Below, in pieces: positions 37,035-46,429 of a DNA stretch of 60,600 bases. The stretch's first letter is position 1; the number at the start of each line of letters is the position of its first letter. Below the pieces are notes generated by a model that made no database searches, was not told the origin of the DNA, and worked only from the letters and a program-made list of their open reading frames with translations. The translations under genes were made by a program, and so were the position numbers. The stretch covers positions 1-60,600 of IMG/VR virus record IMGVR_UViG_3300033402_000013; one strand, written 5' to 3'. The DNA comes from a virus (taxonomy: Duplodnaviria; Caudoviricetes).

Positions 37035-37773
37035 TGCCGATGAGCTTGTGCTGCTGCAACGAGAGCCGCCACGCGGGGTGGCGCTCGATGAAGCGCATGC
37101 ACTCTCGAACGTTGTCCTCGTAGCGATCCTGCATGATGCGATCGCCGTGACCATGGAGATACGTCAGCTCCACGGCCGAGGTCATGGTCGGGTCTTGAGG
37201 CTGCACGTAGAGATGCTGGAAGCGTCCGTTCTGCGCAAGGAACTCGAGCTCCTCATCAGACCAGGAGTGCTCAGGCGGCGAGCCCGGAGCTCCTCCGGGC
37301 AGGACCACCTTGAGCTCGTCAGCTTCCCACACCTGTAGTTTTGAACCACGCTTGGGACTCACGCAGACGTGATCGAGATGGCGGAGCACAGGCGAGTCGT
37401 TCGTGCCATTCGTTTCGATCGCAACGAACCAAGCATGCTGTCGCAGCGCTTCGACGAGCGGAATGCTGAGCTGAAGCGTAGGCTCGCCACCAGTGATCAC
37501 TACCATGCGGCAGTCGACCGAGCTCATCCCAGCAGGGTTTGAGCCCCAGGCAGCATCGAGCTTGGAGATGATCTCCTCGGTCGTCATCTTCTCGCCCTTG
37601 GCGAAGTTCGTGTCACACCACATCGCGCAGGCACCGAGGCCTTTGCTTCGATCCTCTGGGATCCCGTTCCACAGGTTGCAGCCGGCAAAGCGCATGAAGA
37701 CCGCACGACGGCCCGCCCACATGCCCTCGCCTTGTAGTGTCGGAAAGATCTCAACGACAGAGAAGGTCTTCAT
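37027..37773 (-). CDS. queE: 7-carboxy-7-deazaguanine synthase (radical SAM)
   Basis: EIFPTLQGEG, RFAGCNLW...C...WCDTNF, VVITGGEP, IETNGT, CVSPK and WRLSLQQHK. Confidence 0.95.
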   Translation of the reverse strand: MKTFSVVEIFPTLQGEGMWAGRRAVFMRFAGCNLWNGIPEDRSKGLGACAMWCDTNFAKGEKMTTEEIISKLDAAWGSNPAGMSSVDCRMVVITGGEPTLQLSIPLVEALRQHAWFVAIETNGTNDSPVLRHLDHVCVSPKRGSKLQVWEADELKVVLPGGAPGSPPEHSWSDEELEFLAQNGRFQHLYVQPQDPTMTSAVELTYLHGHGDRIMQDRYEDNVRECMRFIERHPAWRLSLQQHKLIGIR

Positions 37774-37775
37774 GA

Positions 37776-38189
37776 TCACTCGGCCGTTGCATAGCAGTTC
37801 GGGGTTTCCCATACGACCACCTTGGTCACCTGGATATCGTGCGGCTTCATCAGCTCGCGCGCGATCCGCAGGAAGTGCATGGCGAGGTTCTCAGCAGTCG
37901 GTGGCTGGTACATCGGGTAGCAGCGCTGGTCATGCATCACGAGAAACTCTTCGAGAGGATCACCCTTCTCGTAGATGAACCCGTGGTCCCAATTCTCATC
38001 GAGCCAGCCACCGAGCTTGCTCTTGATGACGGAGAAGTCGATTACACGGCCCACACCGTCGAGCTCCTTCGCGGTGCACGTCACCTGGAACACGTAGCGG
38101 TGGCCGTGGACGTTGCGGCACTTCGACTCGTGCTTGAGCAGCCGATGGCCGGCATCGATCTCGAGCTTGCGCGTGATGGTTACCGTCAT
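37776..38189 (-). CDS. queD: 6-carboxy-5,6,7,8-tetrahydropterin synthase
   Basis: DAGHRL, CRNVHGHRY, VIDF, WDHGF, PTAENLA and WETP. Confidence 0.95.
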   Translation of the reverse strand: MTVTITRKLEIDAGHRLLKHESKCRNVHGHRYVFQVTCTAKELDGVGRVIDFSVIKSKLGGWLDENWDHGFIYEKGDPLEEFLVMHDQRCYPMYQPPTAENLAMHFLRIARELMKPHDIQVTKVVVWETPNCYATAE

Positions 38190-38368
38190 GAGTCCGCCTT
38201 GGTCTCTTTCAAAGCCTCAACGTGGAACGCTGCGGCGTGGATCAGTCCATCCGCTGTGAACCACGCGCAGCTGATCATGTGATTCTGAGCGTCGGTCTTG
38301 CCAACAATGGTCATCGCTGGTCCACCGCTGTTGAGCCGTACCACGTCGCCGATATCGAATTCGTTCAT
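38186..38368 (-). CDS. YodC/DUF2158-like small protein
   Basis: GDVVRLNSGGPAMTI...CAWF. Confidence 0.8.
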   Translation of the reverse strand: MNEFDIGDVVRLNSGGPAMTIVGKTDAQNHMISCAWFTADGLIHAAAFHVEALKETKADS

Positions 38369-39018
38369 GATGCCTTTCGATTGCGAAGCGCCACCATGAT
38401 CGCTTCGTTGGGCTTCATCCCTAGCTTGGCAGCAAGCTGCTTGAGCTCGCGCGCGTTGTCGCCGGCAAACACAAGCTGAAGCTTGGCCGGCGCTGGCTGC
38501 TGGTGCTCCTCGGGTAGAGGATCTTCCTCGGGCAGCGATGTGAATTGAAACTTGATCGTTGAGAGGTAGGCGTCAAGCTCTGTCTCGGAGAATGGCATCA
38601 CTTCGAGTAGCTCGTTCGTCGAGGCAGCCTGATTGATCTCCCGTAGCAGGTCTGCGAGCCGCGCTTCGTTCGCTTCGCCTGCGAGCTCGTTGAGGATGAT
38701 GGTCAGCTCCTTCGCCCGCTCGTCGGGAATGAGCCCCAGGTCCACAACAGACACAGCGGTCATGCCGAGTGCCTTCACCGCACGCCAGCGATGCTCACCA
38801 TCGACGATGATGCGCTTGGTCCCGGAGTCTGGACGAGCGTAGACGATCACTGGCTTGGTGAAGCCATGGCGCCTGATTGCGTTGACCAGCTTGCGGAACA
38901 CAGCAGCGCTCTGCGTGTTGTAGTTCCAGCCATTCGGGATCAGGTCATCGATGGCCATCACCTTGCTGGTGCCGGCGATCTGAGCCTGCTGACGACTGCG
39001 AGAGTTACGCTCCGACAT
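38365..39018 (-). CDS. ParB-like N-terminal domain protein
   Basis: PNGWNYNTQ...IRRHGFTKPVIV...IVDGEHRW. Confidence 0.88.
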   Translation of the reverse strand: MSERNSRSRQQAQIAGTSKVMAIDDLIPNGWNYNTQSAAVFRKLVNAIRRHGFTKPVIVYARPDSGTKRIIVDGEHRWRAVKALGMTAVSVVDLGLIPDERAKELTIILNELAGEANEARLADLLREINQAASTNELLEVMPFSETELDAYLSTIKFQFTSLPEEDPLPEEHQQPAPAKLQLVFAGDNARELKQLAAKLGMKPNEAIMVALRNRKAS

Positions 39019-39646
39019 CGGCCATGCCTCGTAGAGCCTCTAACACAAAGGCTTCGCGGTTGTCTCCAGCTTCTGAGAGTAGCTCCTCGATCTCGAGGGC
39101 TTCGTTACCTTCGAAGTCGACACGAACCCGAAGCATCGGACTGGCCTTCTCTTCAGGACTCGGCGCAGGCCTCGGGTCCACCTTGGGTGTGCTCGAGAAG
39201 CTGAAGTCGATCTTGGACGTCAGCATGTTGAGCTCAGCAGCCGAGTACGGCAGTGGCTGCAAGGCCTCAGCAGCATCAGCGTAGCCGCTGATCTCGCGCA
39301 CGAGGTCTGCTAGGCGAGCCTCGTCGGGAGCACCGCCAAGCTCGTTGAGAACGATCGTCATCTCTCGAGCTCGTGCGTCGGATACCGAGCCGAGGTTGAT
39401 GCATGGGACGGCAGTCATGCCCAAGAGCTTGGCTGCGCGCCAGCCATGCTCACCATCGATGATCTCCTTCGTTCCATCTGTGTGCGTGCGCACAAGCAGA
39501 GGTCTCGCGAAGCCATGACGACGGATGGACGCGGCGAGCTTCGAGAAGGTCTTGTCGCTCTGCGTGTTGTAGTTCCATGGGTTGGGCTTGAGGTCCGCAA
39601 CCGGGATCAGCTCGGGTGTTCCCCGAATGCCATGGGTGTCAGCCAT
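39005..39646 (-). CDS. ParB-like N-terminal domain protein (paralog of 38365-39018)
   Basis: PNPWNYNTQ...IRRHGFARPLLV...IIDGEHGW. Confidence 0.88.
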   Translation of the reverse strand: MADTHGIRGTPELIPVADLKPNPWNYNTQSDKTFSKLAASIRRHGFARPLLVRTHTDGTKEIIDGEHGWRAAKLLGMTAVPCINLGSVSDARAREMTIVLNELGGAPDEARLADLVREISGYADAAEALQPLPYSAAELNMLTSKIDFSFSSTPKVDPRPAPSPEEKASPMLRVRVDFEGNEALEIEELLSEAGDNREAFVLEALRGMADVGA

Positions 39647-40520
39647 TGATCGACTCCATGAGGATCTGAAACGTCACAGCTCCAACGCCCACGCACTCGT
39701 TGTAGTCGAGCGAGGCCTGGGACTTGTCAGCAGCTTGCTGTCGTGAGCGGGTCTGTGCGAAGCCTTCGCGCCAGCGATCGTGTTCGACAATCCATTTGCG
39801 CCACGCATCGAACTTCGGGCTGTAGGCGCTCACGCCTTTGAGGTTGCCGCGCTCGAGGACGTACGAGTTGCCAAAGCGCCCGCCGCTGTACCAGCTGGTC
39901 GAGTCCGCTGAGTACGCTGGCAAGCGCAGGAGGTCGGCCTCGGTGCAGCCGAGAAGATGGACCTTGCGAGAGCCAGCCTCCTTCGCGATCGCCAGCAGCT
40001 CCGCCAGCGCACGCTTGACCTTCACACCGCCCGAGCTCGGAGTCTTGTAGAAGACGCGAAGCTCAGGCACCGAGAGGGCGATGTACTCGTTCTTGGCTAG
40101 CGCCTTGAGACCTTCGATGCCCTCGGGAATGTGCCAGACGTAGATCACCGTGCCGATGTAGTCGCTGAAGACTTCCTCGCGGATGCGCATGCACTCTTCG
40201 ACGCCAAGCACGCGCTGCACATCACATTCGACGATCGGATGCTTCCAGCCCCAGCGCTCGACGTTCTCGCGGTACTTGAGCGCGTAGTCGCGGTACTCAT
40301 CGAAGGTGGAGATCTTCCCCTTGTGTGCACCAAACATCAGCGAGTAGAGACCAGAGTCGAGGATCCACTCGGAGCCATCGTCACAGGTGCGCAGGACCGC
40401 GTCACACTTGATCTTGTCTTCGATCATGTAGTAGTAGGACGCAAGCCTGTACGGGTACTTGAGGTCCTGAAGAATGTCGGCCCATGGTCTATGCTCGGCC
40501 GATGCTAGATGAACTCTCAT
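39639..40520 (-). CDS. dpdA: DNA-guanine transglycosylase (DpdA/TGT-like)
   Basis: ILDSGLYS, VYVWH, VHLLGCT and YSADSTSW motifs of the TGT fold; lies inside the que cluster; ATG at 40520. Confidence 0.75.
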   Translation of the reverse strand: MRVHLASAEHRPWADILQDLKYPYRLASYYYMIEDKIKCDAVLRTCDDGSEWILDSGLYSLMFGAHKGKISTFDEYRDYALKYRENVERWGWKHPIVECDVQRVLGVEECMRIREEVFSDYIGTVIYVWHIPEGIEGLKALAKNEYIALSVPELRVFYKTPSSGGVKVKRALAELLAIAKEAGSRKVHLLGCTEADLLRLPAYSADSTSWYSGGRFGNSYVLERGNLKGVSAYSPKFDAWRKWIVEHDRWREGFAQTRSRQQAADKSQASLDYNECVGVGAVTFQILMESING

Positions 40521-41149
40521 GGGAAGCGCCTCGCGATCCAGAGCACAGCATAGCTCAGCGGTGTGCCAAGCGGTGCGGCTGAGATCTTCACGCAGTACTG
40601 TCCGATTGCCATCGGGATGAGCGCCGACATGGGAACGATCCCACCGAAGGCGATGAGGATGAAGATGCCAGTGTCGACGGCCTGGCTGATGACGGTCGAT
40701 CCATTCTTGCGCAGCCAGAACGCTTTCTCCTTGGTCAGCTTCCTCAGCACGTGAAAGATCTCTACGTCGAGCAGACTGGAGATCAGATAGGCCACCGTCG
40801 AGCCCAGCACCACGCGCCACGTGATGTCGAACACTGATCGGAAAGCACCGTCGTTCACACCGAGAGGCGAGGCTGGGATCACATTGGCTAGTGCGATGGT
40901 CCCGACGAGTAAAGCGTTCGAGAGTGCTCCCATCCAAACCACAGCTCGCGTTGTCCGTCGGCCGTAGAGCTCGTTGACGATGTCCGTCGTCAGGTACACG
41001 ATCGGGATGGCCACAGCTCCACTCGTCACATGCACGCCGAAGACGACGAACAGGCGAGCAGCCACTGCATTCGCCGAGACGATGGCGCCAAGGTAGAGTG
41101 CGATCAGGACTGCAAGCGCTGGCCTGATGTGTAGCTCATGCCCGATCAT
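40517..41149 (-). CDS. yhhQ: Queuosine-precursor transporter (VUT/YhhQ family)
   Basis: Multi-TM protein; YLTTDIVNELYG, AYLISSLLDV and WLRKNGSTVISQAVDT. Confidence 0.92.
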   Translation of the reverse strand: MIGHELHIRPALAVLIALYLGAIVSANAVAARLFVVFGVHVTSGAVAIPIVYLTTDIVNELYGRRTTRAVVWMGALSNALLVGTIALANVIPASPLGVNDGAFRSVFDITWRVVLGSTVAYLISSLLDVEIFHVLRKLTKEKAFWLRKNGSTVISQAVDTGIFILIAFGGIVPMSALIPMAIGQYCVKISAAPLGTPLSYAVLWIARRFP

Positions 41150-41606
41150 CGAACTCGACCCTCGCGCACAGACGATGTACCTGCGCAATCGAAATTGCAA
41201 ACTCGTCTGCAAGCTCACGGAGCAAAGCTCCGCCCTGCCGACGCCTGATCAAACGGTCTCGCAGCTCATTGGTGAGCACAGATCTCCCATTGTCCTCACC
41301 AGCTGCTTTGTTCTTTCGATACCCAGATTGTGCAAGGTCAGCCATGTTCTCTTTGTGAGTACCGTCGATGATGTGCGATGGGTTGCAGCAAGGCTTGTTG
41401 TTGCATGTGTGTCTGGCCTCAATAGGCCAACGGCCATGCTCAAGAAAGAAGATTACTCGATGAGCACTCAGCAGCTTGCCTTGGATCTTGATGTGTCCAT
41501 AGCCATCTGTGTTGCACGAGGCCTGCCAGAGCCAGCATTCATCTGGCTCTGAGCACAAGATCTTGGACCATAAGCGGTCTATGTCACGCTGGATCAAATT
41601 CAACAC
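41136..41606 (-). CDS. HNH homing endonuclease with C-terminal HTH
   Basis: ECWLW...DGYG...AHRV...RHTCNNKPCCNPSH..GTHKENMAD; AT-richer than its neighbours. Confidence 0.9.
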   Translation of the reverse strand: MLNLIQRDIDRLWSKILCSEPDECWLWQASCNTDGYGHIKIQGKLLSAHRVIFFLEHGRWPIEARHTCNNKPCCNPSHIIDGTHKENMADLAQSGYRKNKAAGEDNGRSVLTNELRDRLIRRRQGGALLRELADEFAISIAQVHRLCARVEFDDRA

Positions 41607-41931
41607 GTGCTCCGTTTTCTTGATCTTCCCACACTTCGATCCAGCACGGAGCAGGATGACCAGCGTTGCGGAGTCCATCATAGAGCTGGTGCGCGAGCAT
41701 CTCGCATGAGCTTGCTCCGAAGTGCGTCGGCTCGTCGTACAGTTTCTTGATCCACGCTTGCGCAGTGTGAAACTCGATCTGTCGGTTGTCGTGATGCACA
41801 GGCCACGCAACGAGGAACAAGAAGAGGTGTCGATGCAGGTTGCGAAGGTATGCAACCTCATCGGGAGCGCCTGACCAATGGTGGAAGCCCACCACACGAT
41901 GCGAAACGATCACAGTAGAAGAGATCCTCAT
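41584..41931 (-). CDS. QueD-like T-fold protein, putative CDG decarboxylase (DpdL-like)
   Basis: GFHHW, LRNLHRHLF (LxxxHRHxF), RQIEF, SCEMLA and EDQENGA motifs; adjacent to yhhQ and dpdA. Confidence 0.65.
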   Translation of the reverse strand: MRISSTVIVSHRVVGFHHWSGAPDEVAYLRNLHRHLFLFLVAWPVHHDNRQIEFHTAQAWIKKLYDEPTHFGASSCEMLAHQLYDGLRNAGHPAPCWIEVWEDQENGARVEFDPA

Positions 41932-43544
41932 GACGTGCACAGCTTCCCCCCGTCGATACGCAAGCGCAGGTCGGCACGGCAGGACGCCACGTGCTCATCG
42001 TGGGTGATCAGAACTACGCAGCGATCCACAGCTAGAGACTCCACTAGTTCAGCTACAGCTTCGCGCCCATCGCCGTCAAGGGAGTCGAAGACCTCATCGA
42101 AGAAAAGCGGCGAACGCCACGAGCTGGCCGTCGCTGCTGAGGAAGCAAGCTCTGCGAGCGCCAGCAGGATCGCCACGTCGACACGCCGCCGCTCGCCAGC
42201 CGATGCGCCCATGTAGCCGTGGTCACCGCCAGCACCATCGAGCGTGAGAGAGATCGCGTCGACAACGCCACCAGACTTCTTCTCTGTGTACGGCTTGAGG
42301 TGGATCTTGATGTCGGAGGCCAGGCGAGCCATCCAGTTGTTCGCTAGCAGCTCGATTGAGCGCAAGGTCTTGCCCACTACATGAGCGCGAGCACCACGCA
42401 CGCCGAGGATCTGTTCGCAGGCCTCAAGCTCAGCGATATCGATCCCAAGCTGTAAGGCCTTCGATAGAAGGGTGGCGATCTTCTCTGTTTGGCGCTCGAG
42501 CTCACCGTCGAAAGAGGCTATGTCACGGGTCAGCTTCTCGCGGAGACTACGAGCGCGATCGATCTCTGCGATAGCAGCTCGGGCATTGGCAGTGATCTCC
42601 TGAAGCTTGGATGCGTCCTGTCGTAGCTCAGCAGCTTCGGCCTCAGTCTCAGCAACGCGATCCGCAACAGCTGCGCGAGCAGCATCAGCAGCAGCTAGGA
42701 TCTTATCCAGTTCGTCCGTCAGCTCCTTGCGCAGGGAGTCCGGGATCGCTTGGCCACAAGTGCTGCACTGCGAGACTTGCAGCTGGTTCAGCTTCATGCG
42801 CAGCATCTCGATCCGCACACCATCACCACCACTTGAGTGCGCCAGCTTGCGCCGTACAGCTTCGACCTCGGCAAGGTCCGCTTGGCACGAGCGCAGGTGT
42901 TCGCTGAGCCGAGTCAGGTCTGCTCGGAGAAGGCCTACCTCTTTGTCAGGTGGCAGGCCTGCTAGGGTCGAGCGCGAGTTTGCGAGCGATTCGGTCAGGA
43001 CCTCAGCACGCGCGACAGCAACCTCTCGATCACGTTCGGTCGCGTTGAGGGACCCACGAGCTGCGCGTAGCTCAGTGCGGCAGCTGTCGAGCGCGCGGTC
43101 AAACCATCCGAGCCCGAGCAGGGATTCGAGCAGCTCCTTACGCTCGGCATCGCTGGCCATCGTGAAGTGAGCAGCGTCGGATGCGGAGAAGACGCACGTC
43201 CGTCGCCAGACCTCATGTTGCCCGACAATCGTCTCAAGCGCCTCTTGAGACTTCGTGGTCGTGTCGAAGATCACTTCGGCATTCCACTTGAGGGACTTGG
43301 TCTTGCCGTTCCACTCACGGCTGACGAAGAGGTTCTGATCCTTCAGCTTGACGACACCCGCTGTCGATCGCCATGGAGACCACTTGCCCGAGCGCAGCGG
43401 TTTGCCCCATAGCGCCGTCGAGATGGCTTCGATGATAGCGCTTTTGCCTGCACCGTTTGGTCCTGTCACCTGAACGATCCCACGAGCAGGCAGTTCGAGC
43501 GATGTCGCTTCGTGCGACATGAAGTTCTGTAGCAGCAGCTTCAC
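41928..43544 (-). CDS. SbcC/Rad50-like ATPase (recombination endonuclease subunit)
   Basis: GPNGAGKS Walker A, coiled coils with CSTC zinc hook, SAGE signature, FFDEVFDSLD, ITH. Confidence 0.93.
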   Translation of the reverse strand: MKLLLQNFMSHEATSLELPARGIVQVTGPNGAGKSAIIEAISTALWGKPLRSGKWSPWRSTAGVVKLKDQNLFVSREWNGKTKSLKWNAEVIFDTTTKSQEALETIVGQHEVWRRTCVFSASDAAHFTMASDAERKELLESLLGLGWFDRALDSCRTELRAARGSLNATERDREVAVARAEVLTESLANSRSTLAGLPPDKEVGLLRADLTRLSEHLRSCQADLAEVEAVRRKLAHSSGGDGVRIEMLRMKLNQLQVSQCSTCGQAIPDSLRKELTDELDKILAAADAARAAVADRVAETEAEAAELRQDASKLQEITANARAAIAEIDRARSLREKLTRDIASFDGELERQTEKIATLLSKALQLGIDIAELEACEQILGVRGARAHVVGKTLRSIELLANNWMARLASDIKIHLKPYTEKKSGGVVDAISLTLDGAGGDHGYMGASAGERRRVDVAILLALAELASSAATASSWRSPLFFDEVFDSLDGDGREAVAELVESLAVDRCVVLITHDEHVASCRADLRLRIDGGKLCTS

Positions 43545-44638
43545 CCTGCACTCTTCCTGAACGCCTGAAGACGGTTGAGAACACCTTCGGTTGTGCCTGG
43601 AGGAGACACAGTAACGAGATCAGCAAACGATGCGAGCGCTCCTTCACCAGCTGCCACCGCTTCGCGAGCGGCCTCGACGATACTGACCTCGTCGGAACCT
43701 GGCTTGACCTCGATCGTCACATAGAGGTTGTCTGGGATCTCTGCAAACGGATTCGTTGCAGCCTCAGCCGCCGTCAATCGCACGCGCGCATAGACAGATG
43801 GCGAGTGAGACTCGATCAGCCATTGATCGATCTCAGCGAGCCCGTCAAGCGTGTACCAACGAGGACCAGGCACGTCATAGCAGCGCGACATGCCAGCGTC
43901 ATCGACGACGAACATCTTGCCGACGAGGTCTTGGTCAGGTTCTTGGAAGCCAGCTGGGCAGAGGGTGCCAGGAATGATCACTAGTGGAGACTTATCAACC
44001 GATGGCCAGACCTTCCTCGCATGCCAGTTGCCAGCAAGCGCCACGTTGATCCCATGAGCATCGCAGAGCCATCGCATCTGCCCGATGCCGACAGCGTCTC
44101 GGGCTGCCTTGAGATATGGAGGCGTGGCGTCATCCCAGATGCCGAGGTGAGTCACGAGGAAGCGCTGCGCCAGTTTGTCACCAGCGCCTAAGCATGCACG
44201 CGCGATCGAGTCTGGCAGCCATTCGTAGGCATTGCCAGGTCGATAGGGAGCGCACACCACTTCGATCCCTTGGTACCTGATCAGGGTCGGCTTGGAGATG
44301 ACGAGGATATTGCTCGAGAGCTCGAGCGATGCGCATGCATGGTCGTGCTCGCCGTCGCTCTGCATGTCGTGGTTGCCAAGCAGGACCACAACAGGGATCG
44401 AGCCAGCAGTTAGAGCATCAGCAGTCGCGCGCACAAGCTGAGGTGTTGGTCTTGTGTGATCGAACAGGTCACCGAGCACGAACAGCGCAGCGCAGCCTTC
44501 CTTAGCTGCCTGCCAGCTCGCGTCACGGATAGTCTGCAAGACTTCCTCGCCACGACGATTGATCCCGTTGACCATCGGTCCGCCCCACCGCTTGTGGTTC
44601 GCAACGTGGGTGTCGGCTATGAAGGCGAGCCTAGTCAT
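43541..44638 (-). CDS. SbcD/Mre11-like metallophosphoesterase nuclease
   Basis: ADTH, GDLFD, GNHD, TH and GNWH motifs. Confidence 0.92.
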   Translation of the reverse strand: MTRLAFIADTHVANHKRWGGPMVNGINRRGEEVLQTIRDASWQAAKEGCAALFVLGDLFDHTRPTPQLVRATADALTAGSIPVVVLLGNHDMQSDGEHDHACASLELSSNILVISKPTLIRYQGIEVVCAPYRPGNAYEWLPDSIARACLGAGDKLAQRFLVTHLGIWDDATPPYLKAARDAVGIGQMRWLCDAHGINVALAGNWHARKVWPSVDKSPLVIIPGTLCPAGFQEPDQDLVGKMFVVDDAGMSRCYDVPGPRWYTLDGLAEIDQWLIESHSPSVYARVRLTAAEAATNPFAEIPDNLYVTIEVKPGSDEVSIVEAAREAVAAGEGALASFADLVTVSPPGTTEGVLNRLQAFRKSAG

Positions 44639-44879
44639 CTGGAACGCAGTACTCGTCGCGCCACTTCTCAGCCGCTGTGCGCCACGATTCGTGAGCCGTA
44701 CTCCAGTCACCGTAGTAGGCGTTCGCAATGATCGCCCATGACCAGGACTTGAGCTCCTTGTACTTCTGCTCGGCCGCTCGTCGGCGTTCTAGGTCACGAG
44801 CGCTGGCCTCACGAGCGTCGTCGCGCACAGCCTCAGCAATGCGCAGGCGCTCGCGAAGCTCCTCGAGCTCGTCGGCCAT
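44631..44879 (-). CDS. Hypothetical coiled-coil protein
   Basis: TAATG-coupled 82 aa ORF. Confidence 0.5.
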   Translation of the reverse strand: MADELEELRERLRIAEAVRDDAREASARDLERRRAAEQKYKELKSWSWAIIANAYYGDWSTAHESWRTAAEKWRDEYCVPDD

Positions 44880-45199
44880 TAGGCCCTCGCGAGGCGCTTG
44901 CGTCCCTTGTCGCTGAGCTTGTATTGCCCGCGACCCACGTTGTCGATCCAGCCGCACGAGACTGGACGACGGAGCGCGTTGCGGACCTCGAGCTTGGAGT
45001 CGAAGGCCTCGGCGAGGTACTCGATCGTCCGAACGGGGTAGCCGTCCTTGCTCTTGAGCATGCGGATGATTTCGCGCTCGGACTGGTTGAGCGCTTCGTA
45101 TGGAAGGTCCCGAGGCTCGGCACTCTGGCCTGTGCTGGGCTTGGGGCGCTTGTCCTTGGGAATCTTCCGACCGTCGAGAGGTTTGTTGTTCTTTGCCAT
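44879..45199 (-). CDS. Winged-helix DNA-binding protein
   Basis: LNQSEREIIRML...VRNALRRPVSCGWIDNVGRGQYKLSDKG. Confidence 0.6.
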   Translation of the reverse strand: MAKNNKPLDGRKIPKDKRPKPSTGQSAEPRDLPYEALNQSEREIIRMLKSKDGYPVRTIEYLAEAFDSKLEVRNALRRPVSCGWIDNVGRGQYKLSDKGRKRLARA

Positions 45200-45234
45200 G
45201 ATGATCCCTTTTTGATCACACTGATGATCGCTTG

Positions 45235-45387
45235 TCAAGTCCCCGGCAAGTTCATCACGACGCTCTCTTCTAGGTTGAGCGCCTTGTACAGTCGTTCGCG
45301 CAGGGTCTTGCGGTCTTGCTCGCTATCCAGGCTGAGCGTCTGAGAGCCTTCGATCACACGCTCGATCGTCTTGCGCAGATTATCCAT
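45235..45387 (-). CDS. Small hypothetical protein (50 aa, below the ORF-track cutoff)
   Basis: MDNLRKTIERVIEGSQ...NLPGT fills the gap after recA. Confidence 0.4.
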   Translation of the reverse strand: MDNLRKTIERVIEGSQTLSLDSEQDRKTLRERLYKALNLEESVVMNLPGT

Positions 45388-45400
45388 TCGTAGTAGCAGC

Positions 45401-46429
45401 TCAAGCTTCGTCATCGCTCTCTCCTGTTAGCTCGCGATCGGTGTCTTCCACTTCGCCGATGACATTCCTACCACCGCTAGCGAATCCGCGATCCCATCCA
45501 AGAGCAGCGAGCGCCTCGAGATAGGTCTTCTCTGTCGCCGTCGCGGACTTCTCGATCAGCTTGCGGTCCTTCGCATGGTTGATCGTACTCCAGATGTTCG
45601 ACCAACCAGTGTCGTAATAGAGGCGGACCTTGGCCTTGGCCCATGGCTTCCCGCCGACCTTGGTCTTAGGAACCATCATCGTCACTTGCTTGCCGATGTG
45701 GTCGACACCGTTCTTGACGGACTTGCCACTGAACAGTTCGAGCCGCACCGATGCATGAAACTTGAGCGCGTTGCCGCCTGGCGTCGTCGTGTTCGGCCCG
45801 AACATCACACCAAGCTTCTGACGAGTCTGATTGACGATCATCATCAGCGCGCGCTTCTCAGCCACCATGCGAGTCAGCGTGCGCATGGCTGTCGACATCA
45901 TCTTGGCTCGATCGCCCATCGCAGCCTTGAAGTCCAGACCCTCCATGACCTCACGCTTGGTCGGTGTGGCAGCGAGTGAGTCCCATGCGATGATGTTCGG
46001 CGGATCACCCTTCTTTGTCTTGGGCAGGGACTCGAGCGTGGCCTCCATGAGCTGAAGAGTCTCCTCGAGGGTGTCGGGCTGCGAGAGGATCACGCGGTCG
46101 AGGTCGCAGCCGAATACGGTTGCGCGCCCGGATTCAATCGCGTGCTCAGTCTCTGCGAGCACTGCCACGCCACCTTCGCGCTGGATGCCGGCAATGCTCT
46201 GCAAGAGCAAGCTGGTCTTGCCATCACCCTCGGCCGCGAATAGCTCTACGATGCGCCCAAGAGGCCAGCCACCGATGCCGAGTACATGGTGGTCGAGCAC
46301 ATCGATGCCCGTCGGTACAACCTCCTCGATGTCACTGTCGGAGCCTTCGGAGAGGAGCTGAGCTGCGCCTTTGCCAGCGCGCTTGAGGATGCCTTCGAGC
46401 ACTGCACGGACAGGATCTGCTTTACTCAT
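45401..46429 (-). CDS. recA: RecA-family recombinase
   Basis: VPTGIDVLD..LGIGGWPLGRIVELF, GKT, IAWDS, NQTRQKLGVMFGPNTTTPGGNALKFHASVR. Confidence 0.95.
   Translation of the reverse strand: MSKADPVRAVLEGILKRAGKGAAQLLSEGSDSDIEEVVPTGIDVLDHHVLGIGGWPLGRIVELFAAEGDGKTSLLLQSIAGIQREGGVAVLAETEHAIESGRATVFGCDLDRVILSQPDTLEETLQLMEATLESLPKTKKGDPPNIIAWDSLAATPTKREVMEGLDFKAAMGDRAKMMSTAMRTLTRMVAEKRALMMIVNQTRQKLGVMFGPNTTTPGGNALKFHASVRLELFSGKSVKNGVDHIGKQVTMMVPKTKVGGKPWAKAKVRLYYDTGWSNIWSTINHAKDRKLIEKSATATEKTYLEALAALGWDRGFASGGRNVIGEVEDTDRELTGESDDEA

Noticed and set aside
37027-41149. Auxiliary metabolic genes for host tRNA queuosine or folate synthesis
   Set aside because: Co-location with a DpdA-like transglycosylase and ParB-like genes favours DNA modification
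45221-45240. Intergenic CTGATGA as a third hammerhead (also at about 29305, 36289, 40686 and 57629)
   Set aside because: No stem II followed by GAAA and no stem I/III pairing
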